Part shown: one piece after another, positions 48,237-58,390 of the stretch
How positions within the stretch are numbered: the stretch's first letter is position 1
How the letters are laid out: each line of letters starts with the position of its first letter
From: Candidatus Heimdallarchaeota archaeon
GTDB taxonomy: Archaea; Asgardarchaeota; Heimdallarchaeia; Heimdallarchaeales; Heimdallarchaeaceae
NCBI GenBank assembly: GCA_019057815.1
Contig: JAHLWR010000018.1
Span: forward strand, 11,328 to 75,327
Length of the DNA stretch: 64,000 bases
Direction: 5' to 3'
Made by a program: the position numbers and the translations under genes
The notes under the pieces: model-generated
What the model saw: only the letters and a program-made list of their open reading frames with translations
What the model was told of the DNA's origin: nothing
Database searches by the model: none

Positions 48237-49475
48237 TCAATTTTCATCGTTATTAGATGTTTTTTTCTCTTCTGAAAAATTAGTTATCCATTCTCTCATT
48301 TTAGGAGTAAGCCCAAAAATAATTGATCTACCTTCTTGCCCTTTGACCATTACAACATTTTTATCTTTCAATCTTTTTAAGAAACTTTTAGTCCCCATAT
48401 ATTTACTACGATATTCTGCAGATGAGAGATTTCCGTAAAGATAATGAGTCAACTCTTTTGCCGAAGCATTTTTCTGAATCAAGTATTCACAAACTTGTCT
48501 TTCTCTTTGTGGAAAACTATTCAAAGCTTGTTGAATTATGAAGGCATCATTATTATCAGTGTAACCTAAAACAGGGGAACGAGAATACATATTAGTTACA
48601 GTCATCACATCATTGAAAGATACAGTCGCAGATTTATTCTTTCTTGAGTATTCATATGCATCAGCTAATATTGAGATAAGTACCCAAGGATTGCCTTTTG
48701 AGTTTATCCAAGCTGATTCTAATGCTCTTTCAGTGAAAATATCTGTAACTCTAATGTTAGAGCGATTTAAAGCATATAACATTCTCTTTTTGATTAATTC
48801 GTACGTCTCACCTAAAGTGAATTCAGGGAGACGAATTGAACACGAAAAATTACTAAAACCTCCTTCTCGCATTCCATCTTGACAGTCAACTATATCTTTC
48901 ATACTGCAAGTTATAATACAAGCAAGATGTTCCTTTAGTGAGTTAATGAGTTTTGCTGCATCTCTCGAAATTAATTTAAGATTTTCATTCTGAAAATCAT
49001 CTATTAATAGAACTATTAAACAATCCTTTTCTTTTACATATCTTTTAAGAGCAACAACAATCTGCTCCTTTGTTTGCTCCTTTGTTGAATAGGATTTTCC
49101 AAATACATGTTGTTCAATTCCTTGCATAAAAGCAGATTGAGAGTATTCTGGAATGTCATTTGGTGTAAATGAAATTACATATACTTTCTTCTTAGAGATG
49201 TATTTAAATAAAATTTCAGATAAACCATTTTTTAAGAGATTGATAAGGTAGGATTTCCCAGATTTAACATTGCCCAAGATAATCGATAATGTCTTACCTT
49301 TCTTCAAAATTTGAATAAGTCTAGCAATTTGACTATTCAATTTTTCAGAAGAGACATAAAGTTCAGGTAAATATTCCGATGTCCACGGGTTTAGATCTAA
49401 TTCTTTAGACTGAACATCGTATTTTGTTTCATCCATATATTGCGAAATATTGAATACTCTTTCCAATAAGGTCAT
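48237..49475 (-). CDS. AAA+/P-loop ATPase (Cdc6/ExeA-like) with C-terminal winged helix
   Basis: GNVKSGKS, LLIDD, I.L..F...E..ELI..R, SKGNP; HTH-like RERQVCEYL..ASAKEL..LKRL. Confidence 0.7.
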   Translation of the reverse strand: MTLLERVFNISQYMDETKYDVQSKELDLNPWTSEYLPELYVSSEKLNSQIARLIQILKKGKTLSIILGNVKSGKSYLINLLKNGLSEILFKYISKKKVYVISFTPNDIPEYSQSAFMQGIEQHVFGKSYSTKEQTKEQIVVALKRYVKEKDCLIVLLIDDFQNENLKLISRDAAKLINSLKEHLACIITCSMKDIVDCQDGMREGGFSNFSCSIRLPEFTLGETYELIKKRMLYALNRSNIRVTDIFTERALESAWINSKGNPWVLISILADAYEYSRKNKSATVSFNDVMTVTNMYSRSPVLGYTDNNDAFIIQQALNSFPQRERQVCEYLIQKNASAKELTHYLYGNLSSAEYRSKYMGTKSFLKRLKDKNVVMVKGQEGRSIIFGLTPKMREWITNFSEEKKTSNNDEN

Positions 49476-49790
49476 AATATCACACCGGAGAGGGAAAGAA
49501 GTGCATGGAACATTAATTACCTACTTTGACAGTGAAAAGTTTGCTTAAATAGTTTTTCTAATTTTAAGCTACCTATCAACAATAATTAAATTATAGTTAT
49601 GCCTTATTCATTTCGCTAATATATGTTTTAATCTACAACTCCAGCTAAATCTGTTTATACGGAGAGCACAAGGTTAACTAGGTTTAATTGTTGGAAAATT
49701 TTGATAATGGACGGAGCAAAAAGTGTACTTTTGGAATAGAATTAAACTTATTTCGAATGATTTTTAGACATCAACTAAAACGTAATTCAA

Positions 49791-50606
49791 ATGAAAGTAA
49801 TCTCCATTATCCCTATAGTTTCAACAAAAGTAATTGATGAAAAAGATGAGCTTATTGATGTAATTATAGCTTCAATTACAAAAGAAGGAATTACTCTTCA
49901 AGATAATGACATACTAGTTATTGCTAGTAAAGTTGTTTCAATGGCTGAAAAAGAGGTTATTGATTATAGTAAAATTAGTCCTACTGAAACAGCAAAAAAA
50001 CTAGCAATAAAAGCTAGAATACCCGCAGAATTTGCACAAATAATTTTAGATGAATGTGATAATCAATTTATCGGGACAGTTCCAGGAGCTATTACTACAG
50101 TTCATAAGTATGGATTATTAGCGAATGCTGGAGCAGATCAATCAAATATAGGGGAAAACCGGGCGATTATTCTTCCAAAAGATTGCAACAAATCTGCAAA
50201 AAACATTCATATTAAACTAAGAGAAATATCTGACAAATTTGTGGGAATAGTTATTGCGGATTCGAGGACAATGCCTGTAAGACTTGGAACCGTTGGATGT
50301 GCATTAGGAACTTACGGTTTTAAATCAGTGACTGATGAAAGAGGAAAATTGGATCTGTTTAACAGACCAATACATATTACTACTCGAGCAATAGCTGATC
50401 AGCTCGCTACAGCAGCTGAATTAGTTATGGGGGAAACCAATGAAAGAGTACCATTTGTTATAATACGTGGTTATCCAATCGAAAGGGTCACTCCAGATAA
50501 TGAAAGAAACATTAACACCTTAATCACAAAAGAAGATTGCATGTTTCTTGGACCGCTATTACCCTGCTTAGAATTTAAAAAGAAAAGTGATAATAATGAA
50601 AATTGA
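49791..50606 (+). CDS. cofE: CofE-family gamma-glutamyl ligase (possibly acting on folate)
   Basis: DILVIASKVVS.AE, NAGADQSN, VIADSR..P.R.G, DLF.R..IT..AIADQLA..A..VMGE..E..P. Confidence 0.85.
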   Translation: MKVISIIPIVSTKVIDEKDELIDVIIASITKEGITLQDNDILVIASKVVSMAEKEVIDYSKISPTETAKKLAIKARIPAEFAQIILDECDNQFIGTVPGAITTVHKYGLLANAGADQSNIGENRAIILPKDCNKSAKNIHIKLREISDKFVGIVIADSRTMPVRLGTVGCALGTYGFKSVTDERGKLDLFNRPIHITTRAIADQLATAAELVMGETNERVPFVIIRGYPIERVTPDNERNINTLITKEDCMFLGPLLPCLEFKKKSDNNEN

Positions 50607-51453
50607 AGGTTTTTTAGGTAAAATTCTTGTTGGAGATAGCTTTCCTTGTCGGATTGTAGGGATTGTTAACCTTTCTTCTACTTCATTCTATCGAAAATCA
50701 ATTAGTACAAAGGAAACAATAGAAGATAATGTGATGAGAATGATTAAAGAAGGAGCGGATTGTTTGGATATTGGTGCACAATCTACTCGTCCTATTCAAA
50801 TATATGGGGGGGAAGGAAGAATTGATTCAGAGGAAGAGGAAAAAATCATACAAAGTGCATTATCTATTGTTTTTGATTTCATTAGCTCATATGATAATGT
50901 TGAGCTTTCTGTTGACACAACAAGAAGCAATGTAACAGACTATGCTTTGAAAAAAGGTGTTCGCATAATTAATGATATATCTGGTTTTAAAAAAGACCAA
51001 CGAGTAGCACAACTTATTGGTGATTATGATGCTTCTGCTGTTGTTATGGCCTCAAAAAATGAACCAGGTGACATTTTTCAAATTAATGACATAATAGAAG
51101 AATTAGATAAGAGTATAATTATCGGAGAGAAAAATAAAATCAGACCCAATAACATTTTGATTGATCCTGGTATTGGAAGTTGGGAAGCAAGATCATACAA
51201 ACATGACTACAATATTATCAAGAAGCTGAAAGATTTTCGAATTTTAGAAAAATCCATCTATATGGGTATTAGTAGAAAAACATCTATTGGAAAGGCTATT
51301 AACGATGCACCATCTGAAAGTAGACTCTATGGTTCTATAGGCGCAACTATGATAGCATTAGTAAATGGAGCACACGTTATACGTACTCACGATGTCAAAC
51401 CCACTCTAGAAGCAATTAGAGTTGGAGAAACAATTCTTAAATACCAATCATAG
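50587..51453 (+). CDS. folP: Dihydropteroate synthase
   Basis: GIVNL...SF, DIGAQSTRP, SVDT, INDISG, DPGIG, SRKT, IRTHDV. Confidence 0.93.
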   Translation: MIIMKIEGFLGKILVGDSFPCRIVGIVNLSSTSFYRKSISTKETIEDNVMRMIKEGADCLDIGAQSTRPIQIYGGEGRIDSEEEEKIIQSALSIVFDFISSYDNVELSVDTTRSNVTDYALKKGVRIINDISGFKKDQRVAQLIGDYDASAVVMASKNEPGDIFQINDIIEELDKSIIIGEKNKIRPNNILIDPGIGSWEARSYKHDYNIIKKLKDFRILEKSIYMGISRKTSIGKAINDAPSESRLYGSIGATMIALVNGAHVIRTHDVKPTLEAIRVGETILKYQS

Positions 51454-51462
51454 GGAGAAGAT

Positions 51463-52302
51463 TTAGGAAAAACGAGCAATTAAAAACCATGAGATAACGA
51501 AAACTACAACAGCTATGATATTCAAAATCGCATAAATATTAGAAGTCTCATTATCATAAATACGATCAATATCTTCAGCTATCCCAGCTAGTTTATAGTC
51601 TACGGAATTGAGTAATTCTTTTTCTTCCTTGGAGTCAATCTCTTTTTCTACAGTTGCACTTAAAATATCAACAAAACCATGCAAAATACGTTTATCTTCA
51701 TCAAGTAATGTAGATGAGTGTAGAGAATCTAGTCTCAAATGAAGTTTTCTTACTTCCTCTGGAGCAAGTTGGGGAATTTTCCATTTAAGTTCAACACTTA
51801 CAAGATTGGATAGATGTCTTGTGTGATCATCATAATAAATACCAAAAGATAGAGGTTTATAATCAAAATCGTTAATTAATCTGAAAAAACTTATATCAAG
51901 ATCCTTCTGATTCTTAGAACCATAGTATTTAGAAGGATCAATAACCATAGCAACTGCTTCAGGGAATAAATTCTGATAAGTACGTTGAGTGCCTTTGTCA
52001 GTTCCAGAAAGAAAAGTACCATATCCGGGATGTGTATGCCACCATCCAACAATATACTCCTCGCCTTCCCTCTCTTGCAGATCCTTCACTATCTGTACAA
52101 GTGCTTCATCATCTATTACTACATAGGTTGCGGTCTGCTTCTGCTTTCCAGTATCCATGTCAGTAATAATTAGAGTATCTGTATCTTTGTCAATGTACCC
52201 TAAAAGTACTCCAGCTGATTCCTTGGTGTGATCCATTGAATCAACGGTCAGACATTTAGCAATAGCATTTGCTGACATTAAGATTTCTTTATCATCACTC
52301 AT
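51463..52302 (-). CDS. JAMM/MPN+ metalloprotease (Rpn11/Csn5-like) with C-terminal TM helix
   Basis: KESAGVLLG; VGWWHTHPGYGTFLSGTD (HxH-x7-S-x2-D); MVIDP; tail IYAILNIIAVVVFVISWFLIARFS. Confidence 0.9.
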   Translation of the reverse strand: MSDDKEILMSANAIAKCLTVDSMDHTKESAGVLLGYIDKDTDTLIITDMDTGKQKQTATYVVIDDEALVQIVKDLQEREGEEYIVGWWHTHPGYGTFLSGTDKGTQRTYQNLFPEAVAMVIDPSKYYGSKNQKDLDISFFRLINDFDYKPLSFGIYYDDHTRHLSNLVSVELKWKIPQLAPEEVRKLHLRLDSLHSSTLLDEDKRILHGFVDILSATVEKEIDSKEEKELLNSVDYKLAGIAEDIDRIYDNETSNIYAILNIIAVVVFVISWFLIARFS

Positions 52303-52352
52303 ATCTTAATAATATCTATCAAATGAAAGTTTAAATTTCTTCCGCATTGATA

Positions 52353-53405
52353 CTACTTTGTGGTATTAATTTTACTTATCATTGGATGGATAGTTAGACA
52401 ATAATGAGCCATGCCCTTTAGAGTAATAACATCTTGATGGTTTTCAGGAATTTTGAGAGTGTTGGTTTTATCCAAAACATCCATCATCGCCCAGATTGCT
52501 AAAAATAAATCTAGAGGATATCCTTTGGGATATATTTCTGCTAATAAAGGTGCATTGACTTCTTTTAGGTGCACATCATATCCTTTTAGAAACGCCTTTA
52601 TGTCCTCCGCAACAGCTTCAAAATCATGTGTATCTCTAAATTCAACAATTGCTTGTCTTCCGAAAAAAGTTCCTATATCTTCAAATCTGTCAAAGGAACC
52701 TTCCATCCAGAATGTTGGATCGATGAGTGCAATACTTAACAAATCCCCTTTTTGTGTCCCTCTAACAAGTAAATTACTTTGATGAAAATCTCCAAAAGAA
52801 TTACAACCTCCACTTGATTCATTCATCATTTGAATCAGGATTTTTGATTTCTCCATTATCTCTTGCTCAGAATCTTGTCCACCAAAGATAGCTAAGACCA
52901 AACGTCTAAACATCTCTTCATATATATAAGATATAACCTTCCTTGTTTCCCTTCCGTGAATTATTGATAATACATATCCAGCCCAGAAGCTCTTATCAGA
53001 AATTTGAGTTGCATCTTCATAAGATACACCCTCCATTCCTTCATAAGCAATAAATGAAGGAGTTTGTAAATTAACATAAATATATCTCGGAACTCTTACT
53101 ATTGATCTAGAAACAAAGTTTTTCTCTAATAAAGCACTATTCTTTATCTCTGTTAGAATGTCATTGACATCTTCCATGAATTTTATTGCAAGTTTTGTTT
53201 TATGAGATCCAAATGTAGATGAGTAGAATACATCTATAACATAAACTTCTCCGTATCGCCCTGCTTCTTTATGATATTCAATATCTTGAATCTGGATATC
53301 TTCAACGTTTTTTCCAAGTTCTTTTCTCGCTTCATCAATGAGATAATAGGAGAATGATTCAACAAAATGCAGGAGATTAGCTTTAACGGAATCACTCATT
53401 GACAA
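52353..53405 (-). CDS. Protein-kinase-like (APH/ELK) phosphotransferase
   Basis: GRYGEVY Gly loop, LAIKF, GDFHQSNLLV, LIDP. Confidence 0.75.
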   Translation of the reverse strand: MSMSDSVKANLLHFVESFSYYLIDEARKELGKNVEDIQIQDIEYHKEAGRYGEVYVIDVFYSSTFGSHKTKLAIKFMEDVNDILTEIKNSALLEKNFVSRSIVRVPRYIYVNLQTPSFIAYEGMEGVSYEDATQISDKSFWAGYVLSIIHGRETRKVISYIYEEMFRRLVLAIFGGQDSEQEIMEKSKILIQMMNESSGGCNSFGDFHQSNLLVRGTQKGDLLSIALIDPTFWMEGSFDRFEDIGTFFGRQAIVEFRDTHDFEAVAEDIKAFLKGYDVHLKEVNAPLLAEIYPKGYPLDLFLAIWAMMDVLDKTNTLKIPENHQDVITLKGMAHYCLTIHPMISKINTTK

Positions 53406-53515
53406 ATATAAGCACAGCTAGCTTATAAGTTATATGTTGAAGGTTTGTCAATAGTATTATATCATGTGAAACCAAATCACTAAAAGTTATATTTTTAGGT
53501 GAGATAAACTAATGT

Positions 53516-54457
53516 TTGATAATGAGTATTAGACAAAATGATGATTTACTTAAAATCTATAAGAAGAAAGACAAGTATGAGTATTTTTCTAAGGGTATCT
53601 TATCATCCTCCTTAATTGCAATAGGAATGGACACGAACACATCTTATGAAATTGCAAGTAAGGTAGAACAAAAAGTTAGTTCAATTGTAGAAAAGATAAA
53701 TAAAAAACAGTTAATCAAGTTCATAACTTCAGAAATAGAAAAAAAAGATAAACATTTTGTTGAAAGGTACATAGTACACGAAGGAGAAGAAAAATACAAA
53801 CCAATAGTAATTTTACTAGCTGGTGTTCCAGGCATTGGTAAAAGTACGTTGGCATCTCTTCTTTCTCAACGATTGGAAATTTCTAATATTATTTGGACAG
53901 ATATGATTAGAGAAATTTTAAGACAGACTATTTCACCAAAGCTAGTTCCTGAATTACATTGTAGTAGTTATGAAGCCTACAAACACCTTAAATCTCAGCT
54001 AAACCCCGTACTTCGTCAATCAATAGTTGGTTACGAAGAACAAAGTCGTCTTGTAGTTGTAGGAATAGAGGCAGCTATACAAAGTGCACTTTTTTCAAGA
54101 GAAAATACAATAATTGAAGGTGTTCATCTCTCTCCAAATATTCTAAAACCGTCTATTCTTCAAAATCCTCATGTTATACTTATTTTGCTGTATTTAAAAG
54201 ATGAGAAGGAGCATTTGTTGAGAATCCAATCTAGAGAAACTAAAGAAGTTTTTCGAAAAGCCCAAAAATACATTGATGAATTTAAAGAGATAAGAAGTAT
54301 TCAAGACTATCTTTACGAATTATCAATTAAAGCAAAGGTTACCGTAATTGATACATATAATAACGATGATGCTCTTAATTATTTGTCAGATACAATTTGG
54401 GAGAGAATAATAAGTTTAGAAAGAACAAAGAATAAAAAGAAAATAATTAAAAAGTGA
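53516..54457 (+). CDS. 2-phosphoglycerate kinase family protein with ATP-cone-like N-terminus
   Basis: FSKGILSSSL..IG, GVPGIGKS, TDMIREILR, PELHCSSY, IEGVHL. Confidence 0.88.
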   Translation: MIMSIRQNDDLLKIYKKKDKYEYFSKGILSSSLIAIGMDTNTSYEIASKVEQKVSSIVEKINKKQLIKFITSEIEKKDKHFVERYIVHEGEEKYKPIVILLAGVPGIGKSTLASLLSQRLEISNIIWTDMIREILRQTISPKLVPELHCSSYEAYKHLKSQLNPVLRQSIVGYEEQSRLVVVGIEAAIQSALFSRENTIIEGVHLSPNILKPSILQNPHVILILLYLKDEKEHLLRIQSRETKEVFRKAQKYIDEFKEIRSIQDYLYELSIKAKVTVIDTYNNDDALNYLSDTIWERIISLERTKNKKKIIKK

Positions 54458-56141
54458 ATTTTCTTTTGCAGGATAGAGATGGAAGTAAGTATAATTCGAG
54501 TTCCAGACCCACAACAGGTACCCAAATCAAATTCTTTTCTAGTACATTTGGGTGGATTTCACCGATTACACCACATTTATTTCCTTCTACAAGAATTATA
54601 CCACATCTTCCTGATATGAATGAAGAATGTTCCTTTGTTTCAATGCTATATTCCACTTTAAGTAGAGACATAAGTCGATGTAACAGTTTATGTGCATCTT
54701 CAAAACTTGCCTCTGCATCAGCATAAAGATAAGCTAAATTAGTTTGAGTGCAAGGCGTCTCCTTATCTATTTTAACAACTTCTCCAACTTCGAATATAGT
54801 TTGAGGATATGATTCATGCGTATTTCTTGAAAGAACAGAAATTAGATTGGGATAAATCTGGTTTCTGATCACACTATAAGATACACTAACAGGATTTTCT
54901 ATTTTTACGAATGAGTCATCATCAAGATTTACTTTATCAGTTAATATAGCTAAATCAGTAAGAGTATTAGTAAGAATTTCAACAGCTCCTGCACCAACTA
55001 AGATATTTCGAACTTTGTTTTCATCCTCTGTTTCTTGAGATAACCCTCCTGTTGTTAGAACTTGCCATTTTGTTGCGCCAATTTTATTATAGCCAAGTCC
55101 TATTACAAGTTCTTCTGCTATATCTACCCAATGTAATATATCTAAACGATAAGGAGGAATAATCACATTAATTTTTGACGTATCTAAAGATTTGCCTTCA
55201 AATCGACGTTTTTCAAGAATCTTAATAGCAGTAGAAGTAGTTATCTCAGTTCCTAAATACTTGTTTATTATCTCAAGATCTACTATTATCTCTTGTTTCG
55301 TGAGTGCAGGAGTGATAACATTTTCCTTGTGAATTTCTTGAGGATATATTATCTCAACACTGAATATTTCCGCACCCCTATCTGCTAAAGTTTGACACAA
55401 AATATTCAGTTCTACATTTACAGTCTCAAAGTTTGTTCCTGTTACCTCTATTAGACACTCTTTTGTCTCTTCGGTTATTCTTCCTACTGTATTGCTGTTA
55501 ATAATTGGTGGTAATGATAGAGTTACACCATCAGAGGAGAGAAGAATTGGATAATGTCCATATTCTCGCACTATGTAACCATATTCTAACCCTTTCTCGT
55601 GGTGTTCAATTATTTCTTCAAGACTCATCTCTTTATCGTTACCTAGTGGAATAAAACAGTGAGTTTTTTCTATAACTTTGTAATCTATGGGAGATTTAAT
55701 CATTGAGAGATTGTACAAACCAATAGAAGCTTTTTTCCTCCTTCTTCCATATGAGTGATCTATTTTTTCTGACAGTTGCATAAATTGTTTAATTACATAA
55801 TCAGAAAGATGTAAGTTTTTAGCAACTGCACACGCAATATAAGGGCGGCTTGAGGTTAATTTTGGATCAACTTTAACTTTGTAACCACTAGGTTTGATAC
55901 TCAATGAAGGTATGCCTTTTTCCTTTTCGAGAATTCCTTTGATTTCCCTAACCATTCCTTCAGGACACCATAAATCAGGTCTGTTACTTGTCTTGACATC
56001 AATTTCTAGCATATCTTCTTCTTCAACATAATTATTAATTTCCGACTTAGCAAAAGAAAGAAGTTCATCCAGTTCTGAAACTGTAATATCCTCACCAATG
56101 AGTTCTTTCATATTATTATAGCTAGCTTTTATTGTTACCAT
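54447..56141 (-). CDS. pheT: Phenylalanine--tRNA ligase beta subunit
   Basis: NRPDL, PPIINS, RLDILH..DI.E, FEVG, GEIHP. Confidence 0.96.
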   Translation of the reverse strand: MVTIKASYNNMKELIGEDITVSELDELLSFAKSEINNYVEEEDMLEIDVKTSNRPDLWCPEGMVREIKGILEKEKGIPSLSIKPSGYKVKVDPKLTSSRPYIACAVAKNLHLSDYVIKQFMQLSEKIDHSYGRRRKKASIGLYNLSMIKSPIDYKVIEKTHCFIPLGNDKEMSLEEIIEHHEKGLEYGYIVREYGHYPILLSSDGVTLSLPPIINSNTVGRITEETKECLIEVTGTNFETVNVELNILCQTLADRGAEIFSVEIIYPQEIHKENVITPALTKQEIIVDLEIINKYLGTEITTSTAIKILEKRRFEGKSLDTSKINVIIPPYRLDILHWVDIAEELVIGLGYNKIGATKWQVLTTGGLSQETEDENKVRNILVGAGAVEILTNTLTDLAILTDKVNLDDDSFVKIENPVSVSYSVIRNQIYPNLISVLSRNTHESYPQTIFEVGEVVKIDKETPCTQTNLAYLYADAEASFEDAHKLLHRLMSLLKVEYSIETKEHSSFISGRCGIILVEGNKCGVIGEIHPNVLEKNLIWVPVVGLELELYLLPSLSCKRKFTF

Positions 56142-56152
56142 TTTGTTTCACC

Positions 56153-57643
56153 TCAAACCATTTTTTCTTCTCTCAACCAATCTAATTTGTAGCTGAATAA
56201 TTCACGAATGTCTGTAATTTCATGTTTAACCATAAATAATCTATCAATACCAAGTCCCCAAGCAATAACAGGGACTTCTATACCGAAAGGTCTTGTAACT
56301 TCTGGTCGAAAAATACCAGCTCCTCCAAACTCGATTCGTCCTAGATTGGGATCGACTGTGCTAAGTTCAACAGAAGGTTCCGTGAAAGGGTAATAATCAG
56401 GTTTGAATGCAAATTCTTTAGCTCCTGCTATATCTTTAGCAAATGTATCTAAAATACCTAATAAATCTCGAAAAGTAATCGAAGAATCTGCAACAATTCC
56501 TTCAACTTGATTGAATTCGGATAAATGGGTTGCATCAACTGTGTCAGGTCGATAACAACGTGAAATACTGAAATATTTTGAAGGTACAGGTAAATCAACT
56601 AATGTTCTAGCACTGACAGAAGTTCCTTGAGCTCTTAAAACCATTCTTGCAGATTTCTTTGAATCCCATTTGTATCTCCAACCTTTACTTCCTGTATCAT
56701 ACCCATTTTCATGAACTTTTTGCACTAATTCAACATATTCTTCTTGAGGTAAAGACCCTTTTTGAGGATTAGATACTCTATATACATCTGACCATTCTCT
56801 AGCTGGGTGATCTTGTGCTTGAAAAAGTGCATCAAAATTCCAGAATTCTAGTTCAACTATAGGACCTCTCATCTCTTGAAAACCTAAAGCTACAAGTTTT
56901 CTTTTCACATCATCTAAAAACTGTGCATAAGGTTGTTTTCGTCCTACAAAGTAGTTTGGAGGAGAAACTTTAAGATTGTATTCTTTCAAACGGATGGTCT
57001 TCCAAGAACCGTCACGTATCATTTCTGGTGTTAATCGACTTGCTTCGATTGTTTTCTCGATTCTATCTTTGGTTTTTGAGTAATCAACGATTGTTTTTAG
57101 AATTGTTTCCTTTTTATCTTCAAGGACTCCTAGATTTCTTTTAACAATAACGTCTGTATTAATACCAGCATCATCTATTTGTTTAGTTTTGAGGTCTTCA
57201 AGAACAGATTGTAAATCTAAATTGAAATCAATATTTTCATCGATAAGAGAAATCTGGCCATTCTCAATCTCCAATATGTTTTGCTTCTTCAAAAGTCCAA
57301 TACCTGCATTCATCTCCTTTTTATCGCTTTGAATTAATTTTGATAATTCTGGGAAAGAAACAGATGATTTCTCCTTTAGAATTTTGATGATACGACGTTC
57401 AATCAAACCATTTTTAGCTGCGTCTAAACCTGTTTTAGTTAGTTTAAGTTTTTTATTTATAATGTCATTGCGTTCTACAAGTTTTTCTGAAACCAGAAAT
57501 GACAAATAATATTCCAATTTTCCTCGATTCAACTTTGTTACTTCAAGTAATTCTTCGATACGTATCTCCTTTTTTTTGCTAATCTCTTCGTATAGTTTCA
57601 CAGTTTCAGGTGATAAGTATATTTTATTTTCAGTGTTATTCAT
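56153..57643 (-). CDS. pheS: Phenylalanine--tRNA ligase alpha subunit
   Basis: FWNFDALF..QDHPAR, DATHL.EF.Q.EG, PFTEPS, GIFRPE, AWGLG.DRL. Confidence 0.97.
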   Translation of the reverse strand: MNNTENKIYLSPETVKLYEEISKKKEIRIEELLEVTKLNRGKLEYYLSFLVSEKLVERNDIINKKLKLTKTGLDAAKNGLIERRIIKILKEKSSVSFPELSKLIQSDKKEMNAGIGLLKKQNILEIENGQISLIDENIDFNLDLQSVLEDLKTKQIDDAGINTDVIVKRNLGVLEDKKETILKTIVDYSKTKDRIEKTIEASRLTPEMIRDGSWKTIRLKEYNLKVSPPNYFVGRKQPYAQFLDDVKRKLVALGFQEMRGPIVELEFWNFDALFQAQDHPAREWSDVYRVSNPQKGSLPQEEYVELVQKVHENGYDTGSKGWRYKWDSKKSARMVLRAQGTSVSARTLVDLPVPSKYFSISRCYRPDTVDATHLSEFNQVEGIVADSSITFRDLLGILDTFAKDIAGAKEFAFKPDYYPFTEPSVELSTVDPNLGRIEFGGAGIFRPEVTRPFGIEVPVIAWGLGIDRLFMVKHEITDIRELFSYKLDWLREEKMV

Positions 57644-57867
57644 TATTCAAACTCCTTTTAGAATTCTTGGAAAAATAGTTATCACTAATAGGTAGGATGT
57701 TCAAATCAAGAAGGGCTAATAAAATTCCAAGTAATGCAAGTCCCTTTAATTTTCATGTTTGTTTCAAATATACTTTTATAAAAGTTTCTAGGTTGAAACT
57801 TGCTTTCAATAATAAACTACCCCCCTTGAACTAGTGTTTATCATAAAAATCAATGGTATTTTCATTA

Positions 57868-58335
57868 TCATATTAACTCAAGGCTATCTGCATCGCTAGA
57901 TTCTTCTATGGGATAATCATCTTCATCTAATTGTTCTTGGAAAAGATCAGTTACTTCACTATTATCTAGTAGTGAATCTAAATCGTCTATGTCATCGATT
58001 TCAATCTCAAGTATCCAACCATCTTGATATGGAGAATCATTTAACAATTCTGGGGATTGCCTTAAATCTCCATTAATTTCCACAATTTTTCCACTGAATG
58101 GTGATTGTATCACAAGTGTGTCTTCTATTGCATCAATTGCAACAAGTTCTTCATCTTTTAATACATAAATTCCCTCTTCAGGCATACTCACCGATATTAT
58201 ATCATCTAATGAGGTTTGAGCAAATTCAGTAATACCTATTCGAAATATTCCTCTACCTCTATTTTCAATCCAAACAGAGATGTTTTGATATGTCAAAGAT
58301 TCAGGGAAGCTAAACATGATTTTCATTGTTTCCAA
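57868..58335 (-). CDS. Glycine cleavage H-protein homolog lacking the lipoyl lysine
   Basis: RIGITEFAQ..L.DI..V, SPFSG.IVEIN, PELLN.SPY..GW; the ESVK site reads DAIE. Confidence 0.8.
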   Translation of the reverse strand: METMKIMFSFPESLTYQNISVWIENRGRGIFRIGITEFAQTSLDDIISVSMPEEGIYVLKDEELVAIDAIEDTLVIQSPFSGKIVEINGDLRQSPELLNDSPYQDGWILEIEIDDIDDLDSLLDNSEVTDLFQEQLDEDDYPIEESSDADSLELI

Positions 58336-58390
58336 ACCAATCGTCTATAATGTGCTTATTAATTTTTCTTTTTTATCTTTTTCCTAAACA

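Noticed and set aside
49476-49790. Replication origin next to the Cdc6-like ATPase
   Set aside because: No repeated ORB boxes; only a weak CTCCAGCTAAA and a short AAAAGT/ACTTTT inverted repeat
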